From assembly GCA_051532035.1 (NCBI GenBank), contig JAOPTW010000010.1:8382-72381 (forward strand): a stretch of 64,000 nt of DNA, in the 5' to 3' direction. Origin of the DNA: Fibrobacterales bacterium (GTDB taxonomy: Bacteria; Fibrobacterota; Fibrobacteria; Fibrobacterales; JAOPTW01). Both the position numbers and the translations under genes were made by a program. Below are positions 28,949-39,100 of the stretch, piece by piece (positions within the stretch are counted from its first letter, which is position 1; each line of letters starts with the position of its first letter). Below the pieces are notes generated by a model. That model worked only from the letters and a program-made list of their open reading frames with translations, was not told the DNA's origin and searched no databases.

Positions 28949-29941
28949 TTAAAAAACAAGATCAGTCACGACACTTATAGTGTGCATATCGTTCTCTTCT
29001 CTACTTTTTTCAAATGAAGTATTATCATATTTAAGAGCAATTTTTATCTCTTCAGAAAACTGATACTGTCCGCCGCAGGTAACTCTCAATTGCCCTAAAT
29101 CATCTGCACTTCTTGTTTCTAGGTCCATGCGTGCAAAGAGTTCAAAATCGAGAAACTTCTGAAGTGGAATAATTGGAATTACTCCAAAAACAGAGAACGT
29201 CTGTATTTGAGCCGCATCAGAATCATCACCTTCATTATTCATACGATAAGCATACTCTAACCCACCTCGGTATTTCGCAACATTTAAGCCACCAAACACG
29301 CCGCCAGTGAGCTCTATATCTTTTGATTTTATACCATTATTAGGTGTAATATCACCAAAGAGGTTCACCGTTAATATTTCTATATCCATAGCAGCTTCAA
29401 AAGCAATAGTCAGTTCATCCCCTGTTGAAGGTGCTTTGAGCTGTTCATATCCACGCCCACTATAAATACCTAAATTAAATTCACCACTCTCCATAAAATC
29501 ATATGAGAAAAGAGCTCCAAGGTCGGTTCTACTGTTTTTGAGAAGATCTATAGTAGAAGGGAATACATAATAGCTATAGCCATAAAAGTCTGCCGCCTCT
29601 CTCCAGCCTAGTGTAGGAATTAATCCTGCACTCAGAGAAACACTGGGGAGAAAATCACCTATCGACAGCCACGCCTGATAAAGAAATGGAGGGCGCTTGC
29701 CCAAGTCTTCTGACATTTCAAGCTCTATATATCCATGTATCTCTTTTGCAATAGTTCCTTGATACCCGATATTGGTTGTAATGAGATCAAACGCTACTTC
29801 GGTATCATCAATTTCATAGCCAAAGCTTGTGGTGATTTCGCCAAACATACTCTCAACCGGAGGCATACTTTCTGCCCCAATCAGAGAGGTTACAGACAAT
29901 CCTAGAATTGTTCCTGCCACTGCTGCTAATCGCATTCTCAC
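28949..29941 (-). CDS. Outer-membrane beta-barrel porin-like protein (divergent paralog of the adjacent gene)
   Basis: Signal peptide, FLYQAW, DLG, IYSGRGY (compare VVSGNGY in the neighbour), terminal Phe (TDLVF). Confidence 0.68.
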   Translation of the reverse strand: MRMRLAAVAGTILGLSVTSLIGAESMPPVESMFGEITTSFGYEIDDTEVAFDLITTNIGYQGTIAKEIHGYIELEMSEDLGKRPPFLYQAWLSIGDFLPSVSLSAGLIPTLGWREAADFYGYSYYVFPSTIDLLKNSRTDLGALFSYDFMESGEFNLGIYSGRGYEQLKAPSTGDELTIAFEAAMDIEILTVNLFGDITPNNGIKSKDIELTGGVFGGLNVAKYRGGLEYAYRMNNEGDDSDAAQIQTFSVFGVIPIIPLQKFLDFELFARMDLETRSADDLGQLRVTCGGQYQFSEEIKIALKYDNTSFEKSREENDMHTISVVTDLVF

Positions 29942-30237
29942 CCCGCATAACCATACAACCTAAAAAGAAGATAAGTATAATCGAAAATCTTGTTCATTAA
30001 AAATGTTAAAATATCTCCATTTTTATAAAAAAATAGATTTCCCCAAAGAAGCCGATTACCTTAATTAGAACCGAAAATAAACTCACAAAACTCTCATACA
30101 ACAAATACCACTAAACAATGAACTAATTGGGTCAAAACACCCTTTTTTGCTTCTATAGCCTATTACCCTGCTTACAATGAAAATGTAAAGCTGTAATTTA
30201 TCTTAATATTGTAGAATTATTCATTTTTGATCTTGTA

Positions 30238-30254
30238 TGTGACATTAATGTTAA
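30238..30254 (-). promoter_or_regulatory. Possible PhoB/PhoP-type box (11-bp direct repeat)
   Basis: Minus strand TTAACA-TTAAT-GTCACA in the porin/PEPCK divergent intergenic region. Confidence 0.3.
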
Positions 30255-30425
30255 TTACAAAAAATATTGACACTTTTTCACGAATATGGCTTAAAAAAGC
30301 ACATGCCCCATACCAATTGCTCGCCTCTTTTTATACCTTTCCCTTCAAAATCTCTTGAATTATAATCACTTAATTCAGATACTATATGTCCAATAGCCAA
30401 TGGCTTAATACCAAAGTGAGAACAT

Positions 30426-33400
30426 ATGAATACCAAAAAAAATAAGACCATTGACCTCAAGCAGTATATTAATTTCAAGCTTAAGATTCACAATCTCCCT
30501 TCATTTAAAAATGAAGAACAAGATCAATCTTTTCAATTGCTTGAAAAATTTATCGATAGTGAGAGTCAAATTATTGAACTTCTTCCTGACCACCACTCAC
30601 CGGTCGATCTACGCATTCAAAATTTCATTAATGAAACATTTGCTGACTGTGGTGCCGATTTAAACCTTGAGCTTCCTATGAAGTCATTTGAGCTCGATCA
30701 ACCTGGCGTTGCTCGTGCTCTTTCACTCCCACCCGATAAAGATTTCTTTGAATCTCATTTGGTAAAATCTTATAGAACCCTCCAAGGCGTTCTACATAAC
30801 CCCCGCCATGACAGAAGAACCACTAAAGGTGTTTTTCATGTCTCTGAAGGTGGACTCCCAATTTCTGAAGATAAAATGACGGTTCCGAAAGCGTCATTTG
30901 CAAAAATTCTTGAAATAGCACTGCAACCACCTGCGGACTCACAGCGTCTTCCTTACACATCTACTCAAGATGATCAAGCAGAAACATTTGTCTCTCTGCT
31001 ATTAACTCCACCTGTCAGCCCCGAAATCCCTGGATTTCAAAAAATGAAAATGATGGAAGTGCGACTCTTTGCACCTGGAGGACTTGTAAGTAATCTCGAC
31101 TTTGCCGAATCAGTTTTTGGCAATGCAGGCAACCCCTATGTTCCCTCAAGCGACCTCGGTCTTAATTTTGAGCAATTCACAGGGAACACTGGCTGTATTA
31201 TACTTGCACCGCACCTCAATATGGTTACCAAAAAAGAGGTTGGACTCCCTACCTATGACCAGGCGACTGAGAAGCAACGCGCCCAAGGAATGTGCTGGAA
31301 AGAAGAGTCCGAGCTCTATAATGACGGCTCGGCCTTTAAAATATGCTTCCGTGATGAAAATGGTATCATGATCACAATTATTGCAGACAACTATTTTGGT
31401 TACACCAAAAAAGAAGTGAAAACTCAAATTAGTTTTGCGACAAACATGTGTGGCCAAACAGAAGAAGAACATGCAGGTGGAGCTCTCGTTTTTCAGCGCT
31501 TCAACTGGGGTGACACCTTCTCTGAAAATACAATGCTCTGCGAAAGAGGCGACTATCCTTATGAAGAGTTCAAGAAACTCTATAGCTATGTCTGCACCTT
31601 TCAGGAAGAAGGTCACGGTATTGACAACACCTACCCAGACATCTATTACATCCCAAATGATGCAGTCATGTCAGTATCAACACTCAGTATCGAGTGGGAA
31701 CTGTATGGGCAAAAACAGTCTATTAAACTTTCACCAGACGTCACTTATATTCACCCATCGGGATATAAACTCAATCTTGAGAAACACCCCAAAAGTGACC
31801 GTTGGTACATTGTTGGAACTGTAGCTGAAGGGGTCTATTGTCATAAACCTGCAACGGTTTCTGGCGGTGGTAAATCTGAAATTTCTAAATCAATTTCAGA
31901 AATCATAACCTATAAAAGCTTTTTTGTACAAGACCTCCAAGAAGATCTTGTTGAAGTAGAAAAACTTCTCGATCATGAGATGTACAAGAACCGCTTTAAA
32001 AACCCTGATCAAAATCAAGGTAAAAAATCGAGACCAATATTAAGCGACAAAAGAACACTTGGGTCGGTGATCAAGCTTCTTACTACATCTGAAGATGACT
32101 ACACTGAAGAGTACAATGAATGGTTGAACTCTATTAGTACACCAATTCGTAACTTAGTATTTACTCTGAAGCGCTTCTATCGTCACTCAATGAAAGATGA
32201 CTGGAAAAAATATTTCCAAGTTGACTATCATGATGGTGAACCTGGTCACGAACTACGGCTCTATCATAAACCAGTTAATTCTCGTTATCTCCGTGTTGGA
32301 TCAGATCTTAATGACACCTGGCAAACATTCCGCCTCCGTCAAGATTTTATTCCTGCATTTAAATTACAAAAAGAAGATGACATCACCTGTTCATCAGTAT
32401 TTGATACTTCGATTGTGCCAGGCGTAAACGAGTCACTCCCCAAAAAGCCCTATAAGTTCACTCAGAACTGTGAACGTATGCTCTTTCAACGCCCCGATGA
32501 AGCAATTCACAAAGGTGTTGATCTTCAAACTGAAGATGATTTTGCAAACACTGAGTTCTTCGCGTGTAACTACGAGCCTCTCGTAAAGGCCGATGCCATT
32601 GAAGATATTGAAGATGTTATTGAATTCACTAAATTCTCTGATAATATGAAAGGCGTCTACGAGAGTGCCGCTCAAATGAGTGAGGGTGAATTTTTTGTGA
32701 GCACCACACATCCACGTTTGGTAAATGGTGCCCCCACTAAAAACGTTCGCTACTTACAACATAATCCAGAAATATACTACCCTCAGGATAAATATCTCAC
32801 CAACATGTCTGCACGTATGTTCCGTAAACTTCCTATGGACAAACCAGTGCAAACGCCAGTTGAAGCAATTCTCATTGGCCGTCGTAACAATAATGCGGAC
32901 AAAGAAGCGGGTATTAAAGCACTCTCAGTATATAATCCACTTCATTACCAAGAGCTCCCAGAACTCTTTATGGACTATATTGCAAGTCTTTCGGGTAAAT
33001 CACCTTCAACAACTGGTTTCGGTTCAGAAGGAGCTTTGACCAAAGCTCCTTTTAATGCACTACAATTAATTGTTGACCTGAATAACACCCTTGTTTCAAA
33101 TATTCTTACGGAAGACGATACATTCTCGACTGCGGCAGGATTCATTGGAAGTGAAATTCGTGTCGATCACGATATAACCTTCCTCGTACCAGAACTTTGG
33201 TGTCGTTTTAGTCACAAGGAACGTAAAGCCTCATACCTTATTGAAAAAGGGTTTTTAGAAAAAATCCCTGACATGGAATATGAAGGCAAGACAATTCCAT
33301 CAAGTATTCTTGGCTATAGAATTACTTCTAAATTTGTACACGAATTCTTTGGACGTATTTTCGCATCCCCAACCTCTGTTTTCAAAGACAACATTTTGAA

Positions 33401-33860
33401 ACCCGAGACTCAGGATATGGAAGATTTCGCAGGAGGAGTTCTCTATATTGCTGAAAGTCAAAAGACCGTTGCCGAAAACTACTTTAAGGATGGCTCGATT
33501 GATGTTGCCTGTCCTCCCCTTAAAGCACTCCTCAACATTATGGTTAAGGGTAGCTATGAAGGAAAAGACCTCCATTCACCTGAATTCAGAGCGCTCTTTT
33601 CTAAAGAAGCACTCCTCTCTTCTGACTGGTATACTCAACGCCTCAAACAGAAACAGGCAATTGATATTGCGCACATGAAAAAAGCACTTGCGTATATCAA
33701 AAGCACTAAAACCAACTGTAAAGGCGGCGTCTGCAGTGTCGTTGATTATGATGGTGAAATAGAAAAAGCCAAAACTGAACTTGCTCGTGTCTCAACACCA
33801 GAGTATCTTGCAAGTCTCAAAGGCACTATCGGAGCTGACCCGTTCTATGCGGTAAAATAG
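30426..33860 (+). CDS. PPi-dependent phosphoenolpyruvate carboxykinase (PEP carboxytransphosphorylase, EC 4.1.1.38)
   Basis: About 1150 aa; DRRTTKGVFHV.EGGLP, NYFGYTKKEVKTQISF, EEEHAGGAL, CHKPATVSGGGKSEISK, FQRPDEAI, GKSPSTTG.GSEGALTK match the PPi-PEPCK family as I recall it. Confidence 0.85.
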   Translation: MNTKKNKTIDLKQYINFKLKIHNLPSFKNEEQDQSFQLLEKFIDSESQIIELLPDHHSPVDLRIQNFINETFADCGADLNLELPMKSFELDQPGVARALSLPPDKDFFESHLVKSYRTLQGVLHNPRHDRRTTKGVFHVSEGGLPISEDKMTVPKASFAKILEIALQPPADSQRLPYTSTQDDQAETFVSLLLTPPVSPEIPGFQKMKMMEVRLFAPGGLVSNLDFAESVFGNAGNPYVPSSDLGLNFEQFTGNTGCIILAPHLNMVTKKEVGLPTYDQATEKQRAQGMCWKEESELYNDGSAFKICFRDENGIMITIIADNYFGYTKKEVKTQISFATNMCGQTEEEHAGGALVFQRFNWGDTFSENTMLCERGDYPYEEFKKLYSYVCTFQEEGHGIDNTYPDIYYIPNDAVMSVSTLSIEWELYGQKQSIKLSPDVTYIHPSGYKLNLEKHPKSDRWYIVGTVAEGVYCHKPATVSGGGKSEISKSISEIITYKSFFVQDLQEDLVEVEKLLDHEMYKNRFKNPDQNQGKKSRPILSDKRTLGSVIKLLTTSEDDYTEEYNEWLNSISTPIRNLVFTLKRFYRHSMKDDWKKYFQVDYHDGEPGHELRLYHKPVNSRYLRVGSDLNDTWQTFRLRQDFIPAFKLQKEDDITCSSVFDTSIVPGVNESLPKKPYKFTQNCERMLFQRPDEAIHKGVDLQTEDDFANTEFFACNYEPLVKADAIEDIEDVIEFTKFSDNMKGVYESAAQMSEGEFFVSTTHPRLVNGAPTKNVRYLQHNPEIYYPQDKYLTNMSARMFRKLPMDKPVQTPVEAILIGRRNNNADKEAGIKALSVYNPLHYQELPELFMDYIASLSGKSPSTTGFGSEGALTKAPFNALQLIVDLNNTLVSNILTEDDTFSTAAGFIGSEIRVDHDITFLVPELWCRFSHKERKASYLIEKGFLEKIPDMEYEGKTIPSSILGYRITSKFVHEFFGRIFASPTSVFKDNILKPETQDMEDFAGGVLYIAESQKTVAENYFKDGSIDVACPPLKALLNIMVKGSYEGKDLHSPEFRALFSKEALLSSDWYTQRLKQKQAIDIAHMKKALAYIKSTKTNCKGGVCSVVDYDGEIEKAKTELARVSTPEYLASLKGTIGADPFYAVK

Positions 33861-33879
33861 TCTCCCTTTCTCTCAATAT

Positions 33880-33912
33880 AAAGCGTTCTATTAGTCGGTA
33901 GAACGCTTTTTT
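33880..33912 (+). terminator. Rho-independent terminator after PEPCK
   Basis: AAAGCGTTCTA...TAGAACGCTTTTTT. Confidence 0.8.
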
Positions 33913-34019
33913 ATTTTTGCTTCCTTGATAAAAGCACCTTTACCTTACTCCATTTCTAATTTTATTTCCCCTTACCACCTATTTTTCTACATTTCTTGCA
34001 AATTCCCAATGGATAATAC

Positions 34020-35267
34020 ATGAAGAAATTTGAACTTTTTCTCGCCTGGCGTTACTTAGGGGCTCAGCGAAAAAACCTCTTTGTATCCCTAATATCTCTC
34101 TTTTCTATGCTTGGTGTCTGTATTGGGACGTTTGCTCTTATCGTTGCTCTTGCCGTCGCAAATGGCTTTGAATATGAAGTCACCAAACAAATGATTGGAA
34201 AGGATGCCCACTTTGAAGTACTCAGCTACCATAACGCACCTGTCTCCAACATTGACTCTATAGCTGCAATTGTAAAAAAAGACCCCCACGTTATTGCTGT
34301 AGCCCCATTTATTGCTACTAAAGCCGGGATATCTTCCAAAAAAGTCAATGACGCTATTGTTATTTTTGGTATTGACACTGAGCTTTCTGGAAAAGTTTCT
34401 GGTCTTTCAAAACAAATAAAGTTTGGTGCATACTCGCTTGATACTGCCGCAACCAAAAATGGCCGACGCCTTCCCGGAATTATTTTAGGTTCTGTATTGG
34501 CCGATCAAATGCGCCTCTACTTAGGCGATAAAGTAGTTCTCCAAACATTTCAATCTCCTGAAGGACTTGACATGGGGGCTCTTACGCCAAAGATGAAACA
34601 ATTTATTGTTACCGGTGTATTCGAAACAGGAATGTATGAATATGATGGACAACTTGCATATATTTCCATTCCCGCTGCACAGCATTTCTTGCAGCTCGGG
34701 GAACAAGTCTCTGGGCTTCAAGTAAAAACTGATAACGAGCAACAAAGTAAAGTGTATGCTGCAACAGCAAAAAAAGCTCTGGGCTACCCTTTTTATACGG
34801 TAGATTGGCAGACTAAAAACAAAACACTTATCAAATGGATGGCCACCGAAAAGGTTATGATCACCGCGGTCCTCTGCCTCATTATTCTCGTTGCCGCATT
34901 CAACATTATCAGCTCACTCATTATGCTTGTACTAGAAAAAACAAGAGAGATTGGTATTTTACGGGCCATGGGGACTTCGAAATTTTCCATAATGAAAATT
35001 TTTGTCATTACCGGGACACTGATTGGGTTTGTAGGCTCAATTTTAGGTACTTCAATTGCTCTGTTCTTTTGCTATGGTCAAATAAACTACGGATGGATTA
35101 CCCTTCCCCCTGATGTCTACATGATTTCAAAACTTCCCGTACGTGTAATGACCTCTGATGTGGTTATCATATTTATTATCGGTAACCTTCTCTGTATGCT
35201 TGCTACAATTCTTCCCGCTTGGAAAGCATCGAAACTTGACCCTGTAGGAGCTATTCGCCATGACTAA
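34020..35267 (+). CDS. lolE: Lipoprotein-releasing ABC transporter permease LolC/E
   Basis: ELFLAWRYL, NGF, GVFETGMYEYD, LVAAFNIISSL.MLVLEKTREIGILRAMG, PAWKASKLDP. Confidence 0.9.
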   Translation: MKKFELFLAWRYLGAQRKNLFVSLISLFSMLGVCIGTFALIVALAVANGFEYEVTKQMIGKDAHFEVLSYHNAPVSNIDSIAAIVKKDPHVIAVAPFIATKAGISSKKVNDAIVIFGIDTELSGKVSGLSKQIKFGAYSLDTAATKNGRRLPGIILGSVLADQMRLYLGDKVVLQTFQSPEGLDMGALTPKMKQFIVTGVFETGMYEYDGQLAYISIPAAQHFLQLGEQVSGLQVKTDNEQQSKVYAATAKKALGYPFYTVDWQTKNKTLIKWMATEKVMITAVLCLIILVAAFNIISSLIMLVLEKTREIGILRAMGTSKFSIMKIFVITGTLIGFVGSILGTSIALFFCYGQINYGWITLPPDVYMISKLPVRVMTSDVVIIFIIGNLLCMLATILPAWKASKLDPVGAIRHD

Positions 35268-35940
35268 TCGATTAATTGAAAGCCACGATATTCATAAAAC
35301 TTTTGAAGACACGGGTGAAACTCTTCATGTATTGAAAGGGATTCACTTCCATGCTGACTCAAATGAAGTTGTTTCTATAACAGGTTCATCAGGATGTGGC
35401 AAAAGTACGTTCCTTCACCTTCTTGGTGGGCTTGACAAACCATCATCAGGTTCAATTCATTTTAGAGGCCGAGACATTAGTACCTATAGCGACAAAGAGG
35501 TTGATACCTATCGTCAAACAAATATTGGATTTGTTTTTCAGTTTCACCACCTTCTACCAGAGTTTAGCACTCTTGAAAATGTATTGATGCCTGCAAGTAT
35601 CAAATATGGCTCACCCCGAAAACAAGATAAAGAGAAAGCAGTAGAGTTGCTCAATTTTATGGGGCTTGGTAAAAGACTCAAGCATATTCCCGCAGAGCTT
35701 TCTGGTGGTGAAAAGCAGCGAGCGGCAATTGCAAGAGCGCTCATCAATGATCCAGACCTCATTCTTGCCGATGAACCTTCGGGAAATCTCGACCAAAAAA
35801 ACTCCAGACTCCTTCATGAAATGTTTATGAAAATTAATGAAGAGTACCAGAAAGCGTTTGTTATTGTAACTCACGAAAAAGAATTTGCACGTATTGCACA
35901 TCGTGAAGTAAACTTTTCTACAGGGCATGTAGAGGAGTAA
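35260..35940 (+). CDS. lolD: Lipoprotein-releasing ABC transporter ATP-binding protein LolD
   Basis: GSSGCGKST, GFVFQFHHLLPEF, LSGGEKQR, ADEPSGNLD. Confidence 0.92.
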   Translation: MTNRLIESHDIHKTFEDTGETLHVLKGIHFHADSNEVVSITGSSGCGKSTFLHLLGGLDKPSSGSIHFRGRDISTYSDKEVDTYRQTNIGFVFQFHHLLPEFSTLENVLMPASIKYGSPRKQDKEKAVELLNFMGLGKRLKHIPAELSGGEKQRAAIARALINDPDLILADEPSGNLDQKNSRLLHEMFMKINEEYQKAFVIVTHEKEFARIAHREVNFSTGHVEE

Positions 35941-36152
35941 CAAGCGCTTACACACCTCAGCCCCAATTATTGCTTACCATTGGTAAGCTTACACTTCTAT
36001 TGTCCATGTAAATTTAATGTAAACTTTGATACAATTTTTCTGTATTAACTAAATTTGAAAGTTGAAGGGCACATTATTTTTTTTAAAGAGAGTTTCTCTC
36101 TTTTCATTTTCATTATATAAAATGCTGCCCGATTTTTAACACTAGAGGGCTT

Positions 36153-39100
36153 ATGCATACTTTTAAAAAATTATTGCTTCTTTCAATTTTTATAGCAATT
36201 CTATATCCACTGAATGCTTTTGGTCAAGACATTGCACAAGGGAAAACGTACGATAGTTCACCTATAGAAATAGGTACACCCGTTGATGAGTTTATCCCAG
36301 AGAATGCTTTTGATGGTGACAACACTACTTCACGTTGGGCAAGTGAGCATAGTGCTACCCCTCAATGGCTCATGGTCGACCTCGAAAATATTTATCAAAT
36401 CTCTGATATAGCCATCTATTGGGAAGATGCCTACGCAATTGACTATCGAGTTGAGGTATCATTAGATAATACTACCTGGACAGTGATCGATGACTTAGCA
36501 AATCAAAATGGGGGAACTGATCGGTTTACCTTAAATGAATACGCTCAGTATGTGAGAGTCTACTGTACTAAACGACGCTCCTTTACTTATGGAACATTTG
36601 GATACTCACTATACACTCTTGAAGTTGAAGGTATTGCGACTACAACCACATCTATCACTGCTCAAACAGGGGGAACAGTAACACCTACAAATGATATAAT
36701 ACTTACCACAGGTACTGGCAGCCCTATTACTGCTACTCCCAACATAGGATACACCTTTAGGCAGTGGAATATTATTTCAGGTGATCCCGATATCGCATCC
36801 ACCATTCAAGCTTCAACAACTATTACACCACAATCAAATTCAGTGATCGAAGCAGAATTTTTCCCTCATTGGGAATACAGCCTCAGTGCAACAACCGGTG
36901 GATCGATTGTACTTCCTACATCAGGAACAATTGAGCAAGGACTTTCAACAACAATCAGCGCTCAAGTAGCCCCTGGATACTATTTTGTCGGTTGGGAAGT
37001 TGTTACTGGCGCTGCAACCTTCGGGTCCGCTACTACACTCAGTACATCAATTACCCCAAGTATAGACTGTACAGTTAGAGCCAACTTTTTAAAATTCGAT
37101 ATCGTTACTATACAACCCGGCATTGGTGGAACAACACTACCTCTCAACACAATTTCAATTGTTCAGGGTGGTTCTGACGTTGTAACAGCGACAGGTGACA
37201 TTGGATATTATTTCTCTCACTGGGTTACTCTTTCTGGTACAATCAGCTATTCTGATAGTCTCGTATTTAATCCAACCCTTACCCCTACTGGCGACGCCAC
37301 AATACAACCAGTATTTTTAGAGAGGAGCACCCTCACTCTTACTTCTGCTGGCAACGGTACACTCAACATAGCCCAACAAGTTAATCTAAAACCTTCTGAT
37401 ATTACACACATTGTTGCAACACCCTCTACTGATTACTCATTTAGCCATTGGAGTGTTGATAGCGGTACTGTCCACATCACTGATACTCAAGTAGCAAGCA
37501 CCACAGTCTCAATAGATGATAATGCCCACCTCATTGCACACTTTGTTCTTAACCAATGGAAGTTCACCCTTAGCTCTAGTGGCGGTGGAACAGTAAATCC
37601 TGCTGGGCAGTCTCTATTAGATGCGGGAAGTTTTCACCCTATTAGTGCTACTCCCGATCCACTATACTCCTTCTGGGGTTGGCAGATAGATTCAGGGAAC
37701 GCTACCTTCCAAGACCCTCTTGTTAATAGTTCAAATGGAGTTCAACTTCTCGATAGTACACTCATCACAGCTCTATTCGCACAGAAAAAAAATCTTACTA
37801 TTTTAACAGATGGCAACGGCTCTGTTGCCACAAGCTCTATTGTCGCTGATAGTGCAAGTAGTGTACCCATCACAGCACACTCTACCATTCATGGTTACAT
37901 TTTCTCTCATTGGACTGTTGATAGTGGTACTCTTACCGTGAACAACAACACCGATAGTATCTCAACGGTATCAGTCCATAGCGATGGCACTATCACTGCA
38001 CACTTTACCCCAGTATATGCCATCTACATGAATGCAGGCGCTGGAGGAACGGTAGTCTCAGACTCTCTGTATCCTACAATTGCCGGTACTCCCTACCCTA
38101 TAAGTGCCACAGCATTAAGTAACAATTATTTTTCTCACTGGACTTTAACCAGTGGCACAGCAGTTATTACAAATAGCGCCCTTGCTGCAACATCTGTTAC
38201 TATTGATAATGCCAACCCAAGCAATGTATCGGTTACCGCAAACTTTGTACCTGCTGTTAGATTAACGGTGAATACATCTGCAAACGGGTCGATTACCTAT
38301 CCAATTAGTGGGTTTATCAATAACATTAACCCACTTTTAAACAGCCAAACGATTACCGCTCATAGTGATAACTATTATGAATTTTCTCATTGGGAAGTTG
38401 TTTCTGGTACAGCCACTATAACTAATGCCAACGCAATCAGTACTCCCATAACAATTACTACGGATGCTGAAGTACTCGCTCATTATACACCAAGGATGTT
38501 TGATGCCAATATTCTATCAAATATCGGTGGAACGGTAACACCAGCAGGCATTCAGTCGCTTCAGGAGTATTTGGATACCATTCCAATAACTGCACAACCT
38601 GATAGCGGATACATCTTTAAAGAATGGAGTGGTACGAGTGGTTCTCATATAACTCAGTCGAACAATGCAACAACATCACTCTATATAACCAACAATACAT
38701 CCGTTACTGCAACATTTGAACCCTTCTACAAAGTAGCCATACTAGTTGATTCAAATGGTACTACCTCTGATACTCTCATTGAAAACCTTTTGACAAGCAA
38801 GGACTCTCTTATTATTGCAACCCCTGATAGCGGTTATAGTTTTTCACATTGGTCCGTAGATAATGGTGCAGTTGTCCTTGCAAATAGTCAAAGTGCTACT
38901 ACTAGAGTTCAACTTAATTCCGATGGTGGCATTACTGCTCATTTTGTAAAAGAGTATACCCTAACCATAGATTCTTCTTCTATTGGCCTGATTAAAGACC
39001 ATAATAGTATTGATGTAGACACATTGATCGTTGGTGAAAATTTTGTTTTTAATCTCTATGCCAATGCCCTCCCTCGCTTTATATTCGAAAACTGGGAAGT

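Noticed and set aside
30026..30058. GCCGATTA as a third sigma-28 promoter
   Set aside because: No TAAA-like -35 element at 15-nt spacing and no nearby downstream start.
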